A stretch of 64,000 nt of DNA from Octopus vulgaris (lineage: Eukaryota): positions 57,102,001-57,166,000 of the forward strand of contig OX597818.1 in assembly GCA_951406725.2 (NCBI GenBank). The letters are read 5' to 3'. Shown in pieces: positions 26,039 through 38,611 of the stretch. The position numbers and the translations under genes were made by a program. The notes beneath the pieces are model-generated. The model was not told where the DNA came from. It saw only the letters and a list, made by a program, of their open reading frames with translations, and ran no database searches. Every line of letters begins with the position of its first letter. Within the stretch, counting starts at the first letter, position 1.

Positions 26039-26477
26039 ACGGTCTTCTTTCAGTTTCCGTCTACCAAATCCATTCACAAGACTTTGATCGGCCCGAGGCT
26101 ATAGTAGAAGACACTTGCCCAATCATCATCATCATCGTTCGACCGTGGTCGAGACAATGGAATTTACTATGCTACGCCAGACTTCACGGTCTATTATAGC
26201 ATTACGGAGGTCCTGTTGCTGGTTGCCTGTATCCCTGGAGATTACATCAGGGTAGGAGAGTGTGCGCCCTCTGGCGTTGCGAGTAGATGGCTTCCAGAGG
26301 AGAAGAGTAGAAATTGCCTCGTTTTCAGCTCTACAACAATGTTTAGCAAACTGAACTCTCCTACCTTTCACGAGAGATGGTACTAATCTCACTTGCCCAA
26401 GGTGCCACGCAGTGGGATTGAACCCGGAACCATGTGGTTGGTAAGCAAGCTACTTACCACACAATAACTCCTACGCC
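25876..26477 (-). mobile_element. SINE family B (truncated) hosting an RTE insertion
   Basis: Reverse match, split at 26123-26389. Confidence 0.85.
26123..26389 (-). mobile_element. 5'-truncated RTE-clade LINE 3' end
   Basis: C-terminal peptide RRVQFAKHCCRAENE...LLLWKP...DREVWRSIV, (TGA)n tail, and 11-bp TSD CACTTGCCCAA (26112-26122 and 26390-26400). Confidence 0.85.
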
Positions 26478-26716
26478 AAATATGCTTTGTTTTCGTGTTT
26501 TTCTTTTTGACCATTTTTTGATGTTTCCTACCGCAGCTTGTGTTTGGATAGATTTCTTTAGCTGAGAAAATTTAGATGTACAATCAAATTTCTCACCTCC
26601 ATAAACAATATTTAGTTGCCAACTTTAGTATTGTCTGAATAACCAGTTACTAATATGCCATTGATTCAACTTAATATATTATATCGATTTAGTTTTGGCG
26701 GTAATTCAGCGTGTGA

Positions 26717-26789
26717 AGGGAATTAGCTCAGGTGGTAGAGCGCTTGCTTGGCATGCGAGAGGTACTGGGATCGATACCCGGTTTCTCCA
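26717..26789 (+). tRNA. tRNA-Ala with GGC anticodon, probable pseudogene
   Basis: 73-nt cloverleaf with G3:U70 retained, but A1:C72 and U7:U66 mismatches. Anticodon loop TTGGCAT. T4 terminator follows. Confidence 0.8.
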
Positions 26790-27161
26790 TTTTGTCTAAC
26801 ATTGTTTTGGTTTTTGATGAGATTGTTCCAATTATGTGTTTTTAGTTCGATCTTTAAACATTACTGTCAAAAGTCGAGTGTACCTCTGATAAATAGAGGG
26901 GGTATTGCCATCCATCGCCCCCTATTAGCAACTCCATTATCGCCCCATTTTTCTTCAATGCCTCCCTGGCTCTCTCTTCCACCACAAGGGTTGTGGTTCT
27001 GTCCACTTCAGGAACCAATGGTGTAGACTTTCATTGAAATTCCAAACAAATTTTACTTCAAAACATTTGTACTTATTACGTACCTAACCAGATACTAATA
27101 TGCCATTGATTCAACTTAATATATTATATGGATTTAGTTTTGGCCGCAATTCATTGCGAGT

Positions 27162-27234
27162 GGGGAATTAGCTCAAGTGGTAGAGCGCTTGCTTAGCATG
27201 CGAGAGGTACCGGGATCGATACCCGGATTCTCCA
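27162..27234 (+). tRNA. tRNA-Ala-AGC: tRNA-Ala (AGC)
   Basis: GGGGAATTAGCTCAAGTGGTAGAGCGCTTGCTTAGCATGCGAGAGGTACCGGGATCGATACCCGGATTCTCCA. Intact stems, G3:U70, and downstream T-runs. Confidence 0.95.
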
Positions 27235-27432
27235 TTTCAATTTTTGTTTTTGTTTTTTTACTTTTTATTGTATTATTCATGTATTTAAATTCTTATATGT
27301 ATTTGCATATGTGTATTTGCATATTCAAATGCACTTATATAATTTAGTTCTTGAAGTTGTATACTGTCGTATATTTATATATTATATTTATATATTTATA
27401 TAATATATAAAATATATTATAATGTATGTATA

Positions 27433-27831
27433 GGCGTATGAGTGGCTGTGGGGTAAGTAGCTTGCTTACCAACCACATGGTTCCGGGTTCAGTCCCACTG
27501 CGTGGCACCTTGGGCAAGTGTCTTTTACTATAGCCTCGGGCCGACCAAAGCCTTGTGAGTGGATTTGGTAGACGGAAACTGAAAGAAGCCCTTTGTATAT
27601 GTGTATATATATGTGTATGTGTATATATGTTTGTGTATCTGTGTTTGTCCCCCAACATCGCATGACAACCGATGCTGGTGTGTTTATGTCTCTGTAACTT
27701 AGCGGTTCGTCAAAAGAGACCGATATAATAAGTACTAGGCTTACAAAGATAAGTCCCGGGGTCGATTTGTTCGATTAAAAGCGGTGCTCCAGCATGGCCA
27801 TAGTCAAATGACTGAAACAAGTAAAAGAGTA
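27433..27831 (+). mobile_element. SINE family B
   Basis: Full-length match. Confidence 0.9.
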
Positions 27832-28346
27832 ACATATCTAGACATACTCTACATGCCTACAGATGTATTGAGCACGCCGTAATACATAAGTGTTGCTAAT
27901 GAAGATATTCCAGGCAGACAATATGCGAATAGAATTTCGTTACATAAATGTATAACATTACCTTCACCGTTACAGATGATTTACGCGGTAAAATTTGGGG
28001 TTTTTGGGGGTTCTTTTATATTCTGTCTCATATCTTTAACTTCTTTCCTGATTTCTATTTCATAATTTCCTCTGTGTGTGTGTGTATGTGTGTGTGAGAG
28101 TAAAACAATGTAATTACTCTTTTATTTGTTTCAGTCATTTGACTGCGGCCATGCTGGAGCACCGCCTTTCGTCGAGCAAATCGACCCCAGGAAATTAGTC
28201 TTTGTAAGCCTAGTACTTATTCTGTCGGTCTCTTTCGCCGAACCGCTAAGTTACGGGGACGTAAACACACCAGCATCGGTTGTCAAGCGATGTTAGGGGG
28301 ACAAACACAGACACACAAACATACACGCACACACACACACACACAC

Positions 28347-28570
28347 GAAAGATATCAAAGAGGGTGCCGAAAGAGATCAAAGATGAGTCCCGAAAGAGAT
28401 CAAAGAAGGTGCCGAAAGAGATCAAAGAGGGTGCCGAAAGGGATCAAAGAGGGTGCCGAAAGAGATCAAAGAGGAATTCCGAAAGAGATCAAAGAGTGTA
28501 CCGTGCCGAAAGAGACCAAAGAGGAGTCCCGATAGAGATCAAAGAGGGTGCCGAAAGAGATCAAAGAGAA
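28347..28570. repeat. 22-bp minisatellite, inverted relative to 24407-24953
   Basis: (GGTGCCGAAAGAGATCAAAGAG)n, about 10 units. Confidence 0.93.
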
Positions 28571-29365
28571 TTTGATCTTGACGGATTAAATTTCTTGGCG
28601 ATATTCTAATAAACATATATTTTGGTGGTCAGATAAATTCGATTTTTTCTTATGTTTTGTTTTTTGGCCTACTTTGTTCTCCATTATATGTCTGAAAAGA
28701 AGTAAAATTTACTCAAATTTCAAAACGATTAACAAAAGAGACAGATGAGGTGTGGAGCTACAGAACAACCATGAAATCCTACGGTAAAAATGTTTTGCAA
28801 ATTAATTTAAATAACGGTAGAGGAGTAGGGGCCGAAACCGGATGTGGTTCCTTCTGATGATGTCCTTAGCCACTGGATCCTATAAAGGAGCTGCTGAGAT
28901 TGCGAACCACGAAACATGGTTGGAATTCCTCCTCTCTTTATAAATTTTTGTTGAGACCGGTTGCTCGGTTTCCATGACTGATATCACAAACGTTGACTTC
29001 GAACAAGATGTCGGTTCGTTGCCCCAATACATGACTGGTACTTTATTTCATCGACCCCGAAGTGATGTAAGGTGAAGTTGACCTCAGAACGTTAAGAGCC
29101 CGATAAAATGTCGCTTAGCATTTTGTCCGACGTGTTAAAGAATCTGCCAGCTCGTTGTCTATGAAATACATTAGAAAATGATTTCAAATTTGGTCACAAG
29201 GCCAGCAATTTCTTGGAAGAGGTTAAGTCGCTTACATCGACCCCAGTGCTCAACTAGTGCTTATTTTATCGACCCCGAAAGGATGAAAGGCAAAGTTGAC
29301 CGGTAAAGTTCAAAGGATAAAAAGCAGTTGTATTTGAACTCAGAGCAAAAAGCTGGGTGAAATAC

Positions 29366-29778
29366 CTATTTCTTTATTGCCCAAACGGGGCTAAACACAG
29401 AGAGGACAAACAAGGACAGACAAACGGATTAAGTTGATTATATCGACCCCAATGCGTAACTGGTACTTATTTAATCGACCCTGAAAGGATGAAAGGCAAA
29501 GTCGACCTCGACGGAATTTGAACTCAGAATGTAGAGGTACGAAATACCTATTTCTTTACTACCCACAAGGGGCTAAACACAGAGAGGACAAATAAGGACA
29601 AACAAACGGATTAAGTCGATTATATCGACCCCAGTGCGTAACTGGTACTTAATTTTATCGACCCTGAAAGGATGAAAGGCAAAGTCGACCTCGGCGGAAT
29701 TTGAACTCAGAACGTAGCGGCAGACGAAATACCGCTCAGTATTTTGCCCGGCGTGCTAACGATTCTGTCATCGCCGCC
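29366..29778 (-). mobile_element. SINE family A dimer, adjacent to older A fragments (29020-29365)
   Basis: Two units with the GAAATACCTATTTC junction. Confidence 0.85.
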
Positions 29779-29939
29779 TTAAATACATTAGATATTAAAA
29801 AAATATAGCGTTAGTCTATCTCGAGAAACTTTTGGCTGATAGTATAGTTTGTAAGATTGTTTTGAGTGTTATATACACCGAAATGTGTAAAGTTGTACAT
29901 CCATATATCTGTTTTATATATTACTTGTAAAATCGCAGT

Positions 29940-30298
29940 GGAGGCGCAATGGCCCAGTGGTTAGGGCAGCGGACTCGCGGTCACAGGATCGGGCGTTGTG
30001 AGTGTTTATTGAGCGAAAACACCTAAAGCTCCACGAGGCTCCGGCAGGGGATGGTGGTGATCCCTGCTGTACTCTTTCACCACAACTTTCTCTCACTCTT
30101 ACTTCCTGTTTCTGTTGTACCTGTATTTCAAAGGGCCAGCCTTGTCACTCTCTGTGTCACGCTGAATCTCCCCGAGAACTACGTTAAGGGTACACGTGTC
30201 TGTGGAGTGCTCAGCCACTTGCACGTTAATTCCACGAGCAGGCTGTTTCGTTGATCAGATCAACCGGAACCCTCGTCGTCGTAACCGACGGAGTGCTT
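29940..30298 (+). mobile_element. SINE family C
   Basis: tRNA-like head GGAGGCGCAATGGCCCAGTGGTTAGGGC. TSD TTGTAAAATC(G/A)CAGT. Confidence 0.88.
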
Positions 30299-30729
30299 CC
30301 ATTTTGTAAAATCACAGTTAGCGTTTTCTTTCAACATGGCAGCATTTAAAAATACTTTTCGTCATTCGAAAAACATCTCATTACCGTTCCGTAAAATTCT
30401 AAATTATTTTTTAGACATATGCAGCACATACATGAATGATTTCAAATTTGAGAAACCGAGGTGAACCAGAATGTCAGATATTAAAATACGTTACTTAAGG
30501 CATATTCACCGTTTTTAGCATTAAACAGAAATTGATTTAAATTCTTTAAAATTAGTTAAAAGAAAATTTTATTGATTTAATTTTAAATTGTATGTTGTTT
30601 TGTCGAATATAAAATATATTTATATAAAAACCCATGAAAACAATCGCAGGTATTAGAATGAAAAAATAATTATATAAACTTCAATATGTTGAAATAATGG
30701 TATATAAATGCATTCTTACATTAATATCT

Positions 30730-31129
30730 CTCTTTTTCTCTTTTACTCTCTTTTACTTGTTTCAGTCATTTGACTGCGGCCATGCTGGAGCACCGCCTTT
30801 AGTCGAGCAAATCGACCCCGGGACTTATTCTTTGTAAGCCTAGTACTTATTCTATCGGTCTCTTTTGCCGAACCGCGAAGTGACGGGGACGTAAACACAC
30901 CAGCATCGGTTGTCAAGCAATGCTAGGGGGACAAACACACACACATACATACATATATATATATACATATATACGACTTTCAGTTTCCGTCTACCAAATC
31001 CACTCACAAGGCATTGGTCGGCCCGGGGCTATAGCAGAAGACACTTGCCCAAGATGCCACGCAGTGGGACTGAATCCGGAACCATGTGGTTGGTTAGCAA
31101 GCTACTTACCACACAGCCACTCCTGCGCC
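30730..31129 (-). mobile_element. SINE family B
   Basis: Reverse match. Confidence 0.9.
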
Positions 31130-31549
31130 TAATATATATATTGAATATATTTACGTAAATTTTATAGTGAAAATGAACACATGTAACTCATCGAATTTCT
31201 ATGGATCCCTCTAGTTATAAATAGATACAATTAAAAGAGAACTCTGTATTCACGAGAGCAAAATATAAACTTTGCAGTTAAAATTATCATCACGTTTACT
31301 TTGTAAAATAATTAATTGCTCCAATTATCACTAATATTCTAAATTAAATTAACCAAAAAGCAAAATTAGTTCACATAAATAATCAATCGTAAAATAAAAA
31401 AATGATATTAGATATTTCCATAAAATTTGAAATAATTTGGAATTTCATGTTATTGCGTCTAATTAGATTAAAAATCAAGACTAATGAAATAAAGGGCTTT
31501 CCATTTATATTTTAGTGCAAAAGAATTCTCTACGGTTACCATGGTGCAA

Positions 31550-31594
31550 CTGCTGCTGCTACTCCTACTACTACTGATGATAATGATGAAGATG

Positions 31595-31666
<72 letters not shown>

Positions 31667-31671
31667 ATCTA

Positions 31672-31718
<47 letters not shown>

Positions 31719-31792
31719 GCCTGCCTGTCTGTCCGCCTGACTGCCTGCCTGCCTGCCTGCCTGTCTGTCTGTCTGTCTATATATATACGTAT

Positions 31793-31832
<40 letters not shown>

Positions 31833-31846
31833 GTATATATATAAAA

Positions 31847-31886
<40 letters not shown>

Positions 31887-31965
31887 GTACGTATATATAT
31901 AAAAAATATATAAATATATTCCTGGCTGCCTGTCTGCCTGTATGTCTGCCTGCCTGCCTGCCTGC

Positions 31966-31997
<32 letters not shown>

Positions 31998-32013
31998 ATA
32001 TATATATACGTAT

Positions 32014-32071
<58 letters not shown>

Positions 32072-32136
32072 TATTTATATATATTTTAATATATATACGT
32101 ATATATATATATATATATATATGTACGTATATATAT

Positions 32137-32187
<51 letters not shown>

Positions 32188-32222
32188 TATATATATATAT
32201 ATGTAAGTATATATATATATAT
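31550..32222. repeat. Compound microsatellite (TATC/TGTC/TGCC/TA)
   Basis: Direct reading. Confidence 0.95.
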
Positions 32223-32307
32223 AGTGAGAATTTACAAAAAACAACAAAAGACGGGTGTGTAAACAAGAAATAGACGTATTAGTTTAACGGTCGAGAAGTG
32301 AGAAAGT

Positions 32308-32343
32308 GTTTTACGTTTCGAGCCTACGCTCTTCAACAGAAAG
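32308..32343 (-). ncRNA. Degenerate minimal hammerhead relic in a (TA)n-flanked insert
   Basis: Minus strand CTTT-CTGTTGA-A-GAGC(GTAG)GCTC-GAAA-CG-TA-AAA, with core A6 mutated. Confidence 0.45.
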
Positions 32344-32420
32344 GAACACAGAAATAAAAAGAGAGAGAAAATAAAACAGGTTTAGTGGCTAGCGATCAAT
32401 AATGTCGAATAATAGATACG

Positions 32421-32484
<64 letters not shown>

Positions 32485-33116
32485 ACAAACTGGGACAAGA
32501 ACACAAAACATTTAGAAGACGATACTAAAGACACGGACCCTTCAATCTTCAGTCAAGAACCGGATCATCCTCGCAATTTCGGCTGATTAATCTTGAGATT
32601 GCTCCGATCTGGCCAGCCCCAAAGGAAAATCTAAGCCAAGCGCATTAGATTCCTTGGAAGAAAGCCTCGAATGTATACAAAACAAGGACGGAATAACGGA
32701 CGATGTTACACGAATAAGAATACAAAAATACATAAAATCAATAATAATACCAAAAACAGGACGTTACAGACAGTTTCCGCCTACTAAATCCACTCACAAG
32801 GCTTTGGTCAGCCCGAGGCCATAGTAGAAGACATTTGCCCAAGTTGCCACGCATGGAACTGAACCCGAAACCATGTGGTTGGTAAGCAAACTACTTACCA
32901 CACAGCCACTCTTACGCCTATTAATATGTAATGTAGGATGCTGGTTTTCTTTCGGATTTCGTTGCATCATGTTACTTTTCCCTGAGAGAAGGCCTTCCTC
33001 TTCCAGATCTTGTTGGATTTGAATTGTCATCGATTCTTCTGTAATTTTCCACTTTTGTTATTGTTGTAATATGGATCGTCATCCACTTGTATGTTGTCGT
33101 CAGCACTGTAATATTC

Positions 33117-33347
33117 CTATTTCTTTATTACCCTCAAGGGGCTAAACATAGAGAGGGAAAAATGGACAGACAAAGGAATTTAGTCGATTACATCGACTCC
33201 AGTGCGTAACTGGTACTTAATTTATCGACCCCGAAAGGATGAAGGGCAAAGTTGGCCTCGGCGGAATTTGAACTCAGAACGTAGCGGCAGACGAAATACT
33301 GCGAAGCATTTCGCCCGCCACGCTAACATTTCTGTCAGCTCGCCGCC
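33117..33347 (-). mobile_element. SINE family A
   Basis: 12-bp TSD ACTGTAATATTC. Confidence 0.9.
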
Positions 33348-34486
33348 TTATACTGTAATATTCTTGCCGCCACTATTATGTTGTGACACTATTCCATGTC
33401 TTATTATCTTTGACTCGTCTATCGTGCTATTGCTGACTGCTCCGCAAAACAATGACACTGAAACGTCTACCTTGACGGTAACACGAACCCGTATATAACA
33501 CGTAACTGACATTGACTTCAGCTGAGAACTCGTACGACGACTCCACTACTACTGATTTTATAGTGGCACCTCAAACCACTTTGTCACGCGGAAAAGGGTG
33601 TACCATTTTTACTACAACAGTTTATCAAGAACAAGTTTACCTCTGGGAAGAGGTGGCATATAGTAGTGTTGTCTCTCGTTTCTAATCTGTCCAGCATAGG
33701 AGGCCCAATCAGAAATCTGAACTGCGTTGGCGTATCTCTTAGGGTCATTGAGGTACACTAGGCCACATGCTGCCACGAAAACCGAATCTTTTAGAAGAAA
33801 ACGGATAACAATTACACCGAAAGCCACAGCTGTGTTAATCCGGAGAATGTGTCACATGACAGGCTGTTAGAATAGCCAAAACCTGAGAACTAGACTTCTT
33901 GTTTGTATGCGAGTGACAGTAATACATCGGTGTGTGTGTGTCTGTGCGTGAACAGCAATGGTGTAATGTTTTGCTGAGGCAGTATTTAATGATTGTGTCT
34001 TTTCGATATCTTGTAATTGCTTATGTAGTCATTGTTGGTATTTTTTTAAGAATAAATACATATGTTCTTTATTATTTTCTTTCCCCGTATTTGATGCGTG
34101 GTTTTGACAGAAATACATCCCAAATTTTATCATTTTACTTTTGTTCTGTCAAAACCACAGATCACGTACGGACAAAAAAAATATGTTTATTAAATATACA
34201 AACCAGAGTTGAATAATCTATAACAATATATCAAATAAATACATTCACTACAACCAAATGATCAAAGCCTTATACTCTTGTTTTTTCATAGTATCTCAAA
34301 CAAACACGTAAAGAACCTATTTACTCATACATACACAAACATGAATTACTGTCGCTCACAAACAAACAAGCCATCACCGTTTCTATGAAATTACGAGATC
34401 GGATAAGATAATGGAAATATATTTTCTTAAAAAACATCGAATGTACTTTTCGTTTGTAATTCTACTCTACGAACTCCTTTTCCTAT

Positions 34487-34912
34487 TTACTCTTTTACTC
34501 TCTTTTTCTCTCTTTTACTTGTTTCAGTCATTTGATTGCGGCCATGCCGGAGCACCGCCTTTTAGTCGAGCAAATCGACCCCGGGACTTATTCTTTTGTA
34601 AGCCCAGTACTTATTCTATCGGTCTCTATTGCCGAGCCGCTAATTGACGGCGACGTAAACACACCAGCATCTGTTGTCAAGCAATGCTAGGGGGACAAAC
34701 ACAAACACACACTCACACACACACAGACACACACACACATATATATATACATATATACGACAGGCTTCTTTCAGTTTCCGTCTACCAAATCCACTCACAA
34801 GGCATTGGTCGGCCCGGGGCTATAGTAGAAGACACTTGCCCAAGATGCCACGCAGTGGGACTGAACCTGGAACCATGTGGTTGGTTAGCAAGCTACTTAC
34901 CACACAGCCACT
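34487..34912 (-). mobile_element. SINE family B
   Basis: Reverse match. Confidence 0.9.
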
Positions 34913-35622
34913 CCTTTTCCCATTTATGTATATGTGTGTATATTATTATCGAGTTTTATTTCAAGATTTCTTACCACTGGAGAAAGATCCGGTTTCTAAT
35001 CTAGATCCAAGACACCTCCATTAGAATTTCAACAGCATCAACAGGGTTTTTGTACAGGTTTCTGTATATGTCAGCAATATTTGGCGTTAGTGCACGTGCA
35101 GATTTGAATGTTTTTTTTTTACATATCTATTCTCATGTGCATTGGTGCTATTAAGCTAGAAATGGCCTGGGCCTATACTGACCGAAATCTATCAAAGTTA
35201 TCCAAGTGATCTAGGTAGTTTGAGAAATTTTGAAGTTCTAGTGGTGGGTTGAATCTGTGATATTTTAACAAGCTTTCTCCTTTCGGTATTTGAGAAGCCT
35301 GATTTCTTAAGTTTGGTGCCTAGGCAGTTTGTTACATATCTCAGTGCCCCAATAATTACAGGCATAAACCTGAATTTGTAGTCCGTATAGAATAATTCTA
35401 TGTATGTATGTATATATGTATGTATGCATGCATTTAAAGAAATAGGTATTTTGTTCGCTCTTACGTTCTGTGTTCAAATGCCACCGAGATCGGCTTTGCT
35501 GTATGTATGTATGTATGTATGTATGTATGTATGTATGTATGTATGTATGTATGTATGTATGTATGTATGTGCATGTATGTATGTACATATGAATACATAT
35601 ATATATATATGGATTTTACTCT

Positions 35623-35657
35623 GTTTCTGAAAAAGTGCATTGCTCGTAACGTTAAAC
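35623..35657 (+). ncRNA. Degenerate minimal hammerhead relic (related to the 32.3-kb insert)
   Basis: GTTT-CTGAAAA-A-GTGC(ATT)GCTC-GTAA-CG-TT-AAAC. Stem I is intact and there are three substitutions. Flanked by (TA)n. Confidence 0.4.
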
Positions 35658-35742
35658 CATCTTTCTCTCCTTCCCTGAGCGTCTGCTAATACTTCACAAG
35701 TACCACGTTGTTTTTTTGTGTTTGATCTGCTTTTTTGGGATT

Positions 35743-35817
<75 letters not shown>

Positions 35818-35902
35818 CTTACTTGGAAATGGACGCGTAGCGTTCGCTCAAATATTAATATAAATAATATATAAATATGGGAGTGGCTGTGTTGTAAGTA
35901 GC

Positions 35903-36064
35903 TGGAGCACCGCCTTTAGTCCATCCCGGGACTTATTCTTTGTAAGCATAGTACTTATTCTATCGGTTTCATTTGCCGAACCGCTAAGTTACGGGGTCGT
36001 AAACACACCAACATCGGTTGTCAAGCGATGTTGGGGGGACAAACGCAGACATACAAACATATAG

Positions 36065-36117
<53 letters not shown>

Positions 36118-36302
36118 CATATACATACATACATATATGCGACGGGCTTCTTTCAGTTTCCGTCTACCACATCCACTCACAAGGCTTTGGTCGGTCCGAG
36201 GCTATAGTAGAAGACACTTGCCCAAGGTGCCACGCAGTGGGACTGAACCCAGAACCATGTGGTTGGTAAGGAAGCTACTTACCACACAGCCACTCCTGCG
36301 CC
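35903..36302 (-). mobile_element. SINE family B
   Basis: Reverse match, 3' end rearranged. Confidence 0.85.
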
Positions 36303-36524
36303 TTATGCATGACACAAGATTCCACCATTTAAAGTATATAGCCGGATATACATGTAAATTGTTCCATATGAACCATTTGAAATATCCATACTGATGAAAC
36401 TGTACAGTAATGGATGACAAAGTAAACTATTATAGTGTCTAATATACGCTTATTTACTCTCCGACAGTATCGAGCTCTCTGCTTTTTATCTACGTTTATG
36501 CACGCTGATAAAATTACTGTACAC

Positions 36525-37062
36525 ACAGGCGTGTGAGTAAGTGTATGTGAGAGTATGGGCGCGTGTGTATGTGTGTATTTGTATGTGTATATGTGTGTGT
36601 ATATGTGCGTGTGTATGTGCATGTGTGTATATATATGTGTGTATGTGCGAGTGTGTGTGTATATGTATATACTGGTGTGTGCATGTGCGTGTGTATATAT
36701 ATGCGTGTGTGTATGTGTGTGTGTGTGTTTGCGTGTGTGTATGTGCATGTGTATATATGTGTGTGTGTATGTGCATGTATATATGCGTGTGTGTATGTGT
36801 GTGTGATGTGTGCGTGGGTGTATGTGCGTGTGATGTGCGTGTGTATATGTGCATGTATGTGTGTGTGCATGTGTATATATGCGTGGGTGTATGTGCGTGT
36901 GTATATGTGCATGTACATGTGTATATATGCGTGTGTGTATGTGTATATGTATATATGCATGTGTGTAAGGGTGAGTATGTAAACGCGTGTGTGTATTCAC
37001 GTGTGTGTATGTGCGTGTGTATACATGAATGTTTGTGCGTGTGTGTATGTGCATGTGTGCGT
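36525..37062. repeat. Degenerate purine-pyrimidine alternating (GT/AT/GC)n tract
   Basis: Direct reading. Source of the 259-aa His/Thr-rich false ORF. Confidence 0.9.
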
Positions 37063-37537
37063 TAATGTGAGGCTGTTTGTGTGATTCTGTGTTTACATAT
37101 TTTTTCAAAAAAAAAAAAAAAAAATTAAAATATCTGGATATTTAAAAAAAACGAAAGATTTAAATTTATCTCATTAAAACAAATTATATGAAATAAAAAT
37201 AAATGAATGTAAATTAAATATTTATCGTTAGTTATCAATTTGCTTGTTTCCTTTAATTACAACTTCACTTTCTCAAAAACTGTCGCTAGGCGCAGGTATG
37301 GCGGAGAGGGTAGGAAGCTTGCATCGCAGCTACGTAGTCTCAGGTTCAGTTCTCACTGCGTGGTAGGTTGGGCAAATTGTCTTTTACCGGACTAGTTAAT
37401 GCTTTATGAGTGACTTAGGAGGTATTTAATGCTCTTTTAATTTATTTCTGATTACTTTTCTGTTTTCCGTTTTTTTTTCTCTAGGCACAAGGCCCGAAAT
37501 TTTGGGGGAGGGGGCCAGTCGATTAGATCGACCCCAG

Positions 37538-37805
37538 CGGCGAGCTGGCAGAAACGTTAGCACGCCGGGCAAAATGCTTAGCGGTATTTCGTCTGCCGTT
37601 ACGTTCTGAGTTCAAATTCCGCCGAGGTCGACTTTTCCTTTCATCCTTTCGGGGTCGATAAATTAAGTACCAGTTACGCATTGGGGTCGATATAATCGAC
37701 TTAATCGGTTTGTCTGTTCTTGTTTGTCTCCTCTGTGTTTAGCCTCTTGTGGGTAGTAAAGAAATAGGTATTTCGTCTGCCGTTACGTTCTAAGTTCAAA
37801 TTCCG
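37538..37805 (+). mobile_element. SINE family A, monomer plus partial second unit
   Basis: AAAGAAATA|GGTATTTCGTCTG junction, then truncation. Confidence 0.88.
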
Positions 37806-38359
37806 CACACACACACATGCACACACACATGCACACACACACATGCACACACATGCACACACATGCACACACATGCACACACACACACATTTATTTACCA
37901 AAAGGATGTGTTATAATAACTATTCCATATATACAAAAACAGTCATACCAACAATCCAACAATTCAACATACCTCCATCATCAGCTGCCCCACGGATATC
38001 ATTATGGTTTCGACTCCTGGGCAGTACCACTCAATCCGGCGGTGTCAACAGCACTAAAATAAGTGTTGCTTGGGAACAAACAAACCAAAGAAACCACAAC
38101 TTTCAAACACATTTACCCTATGTACAACCGTATCGGTAAATAAATTCAATAAATAAATTACAACCAACTTCTAAATACGTAACTAAACAGTAACCAATCC
38201 ATTAAGTCATACAACAATTATTATCCCCACCGTCTTCCATAGTACAATATAATAGTGAATGACCACATTCATTCAATGATTCAATTTACAGCAAGATTAA
38301 ACACTGACTGTAATAAAACTACAACAAAGAGATATATAAACCAATGCACATTGTATGGG

Positions 38360-38487
38360 TATTAGGGTACAACATAAGCACCTGCTTCGCTAAAAGTAGA
38401 AGTCAAAATACTTCTAAGCCACAGAAGTTTTAGAAGTATTTTGACTTCCATTTTTATCGAAGCATGTGCTTATGTTGTATCCTAGTA
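38360..38487. repeat. 58-bp inverted repeat with 12-nt spacer
   Basis: Arms at 38360-38417 and 38430-38487 with 6 mismatches, followed by a TA-rich run. Confidence 0.85.
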
Positions 38488-38611
38488 TATATAAATATAT
38501 TTATATGTCTTATATATAATTATTAATTTTGCCTATACGGCTTTTACGCTCGTAGCCACTGACGTTATTATTTTCAGGAATTATATCGTTCTTATATATA
38601 TATATATATAT

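Noticed and set aside
29940-30000. SINE heads as tRNA genes (also 25035, 61153 and 63938)
   Set aside because: Incomplete cloverleafs that continue into SINE bodies.
36329-37108. 259-aa His/Thr-rich ORF
   Set aside because: Translation of a degenerate dinucleotide repeat.
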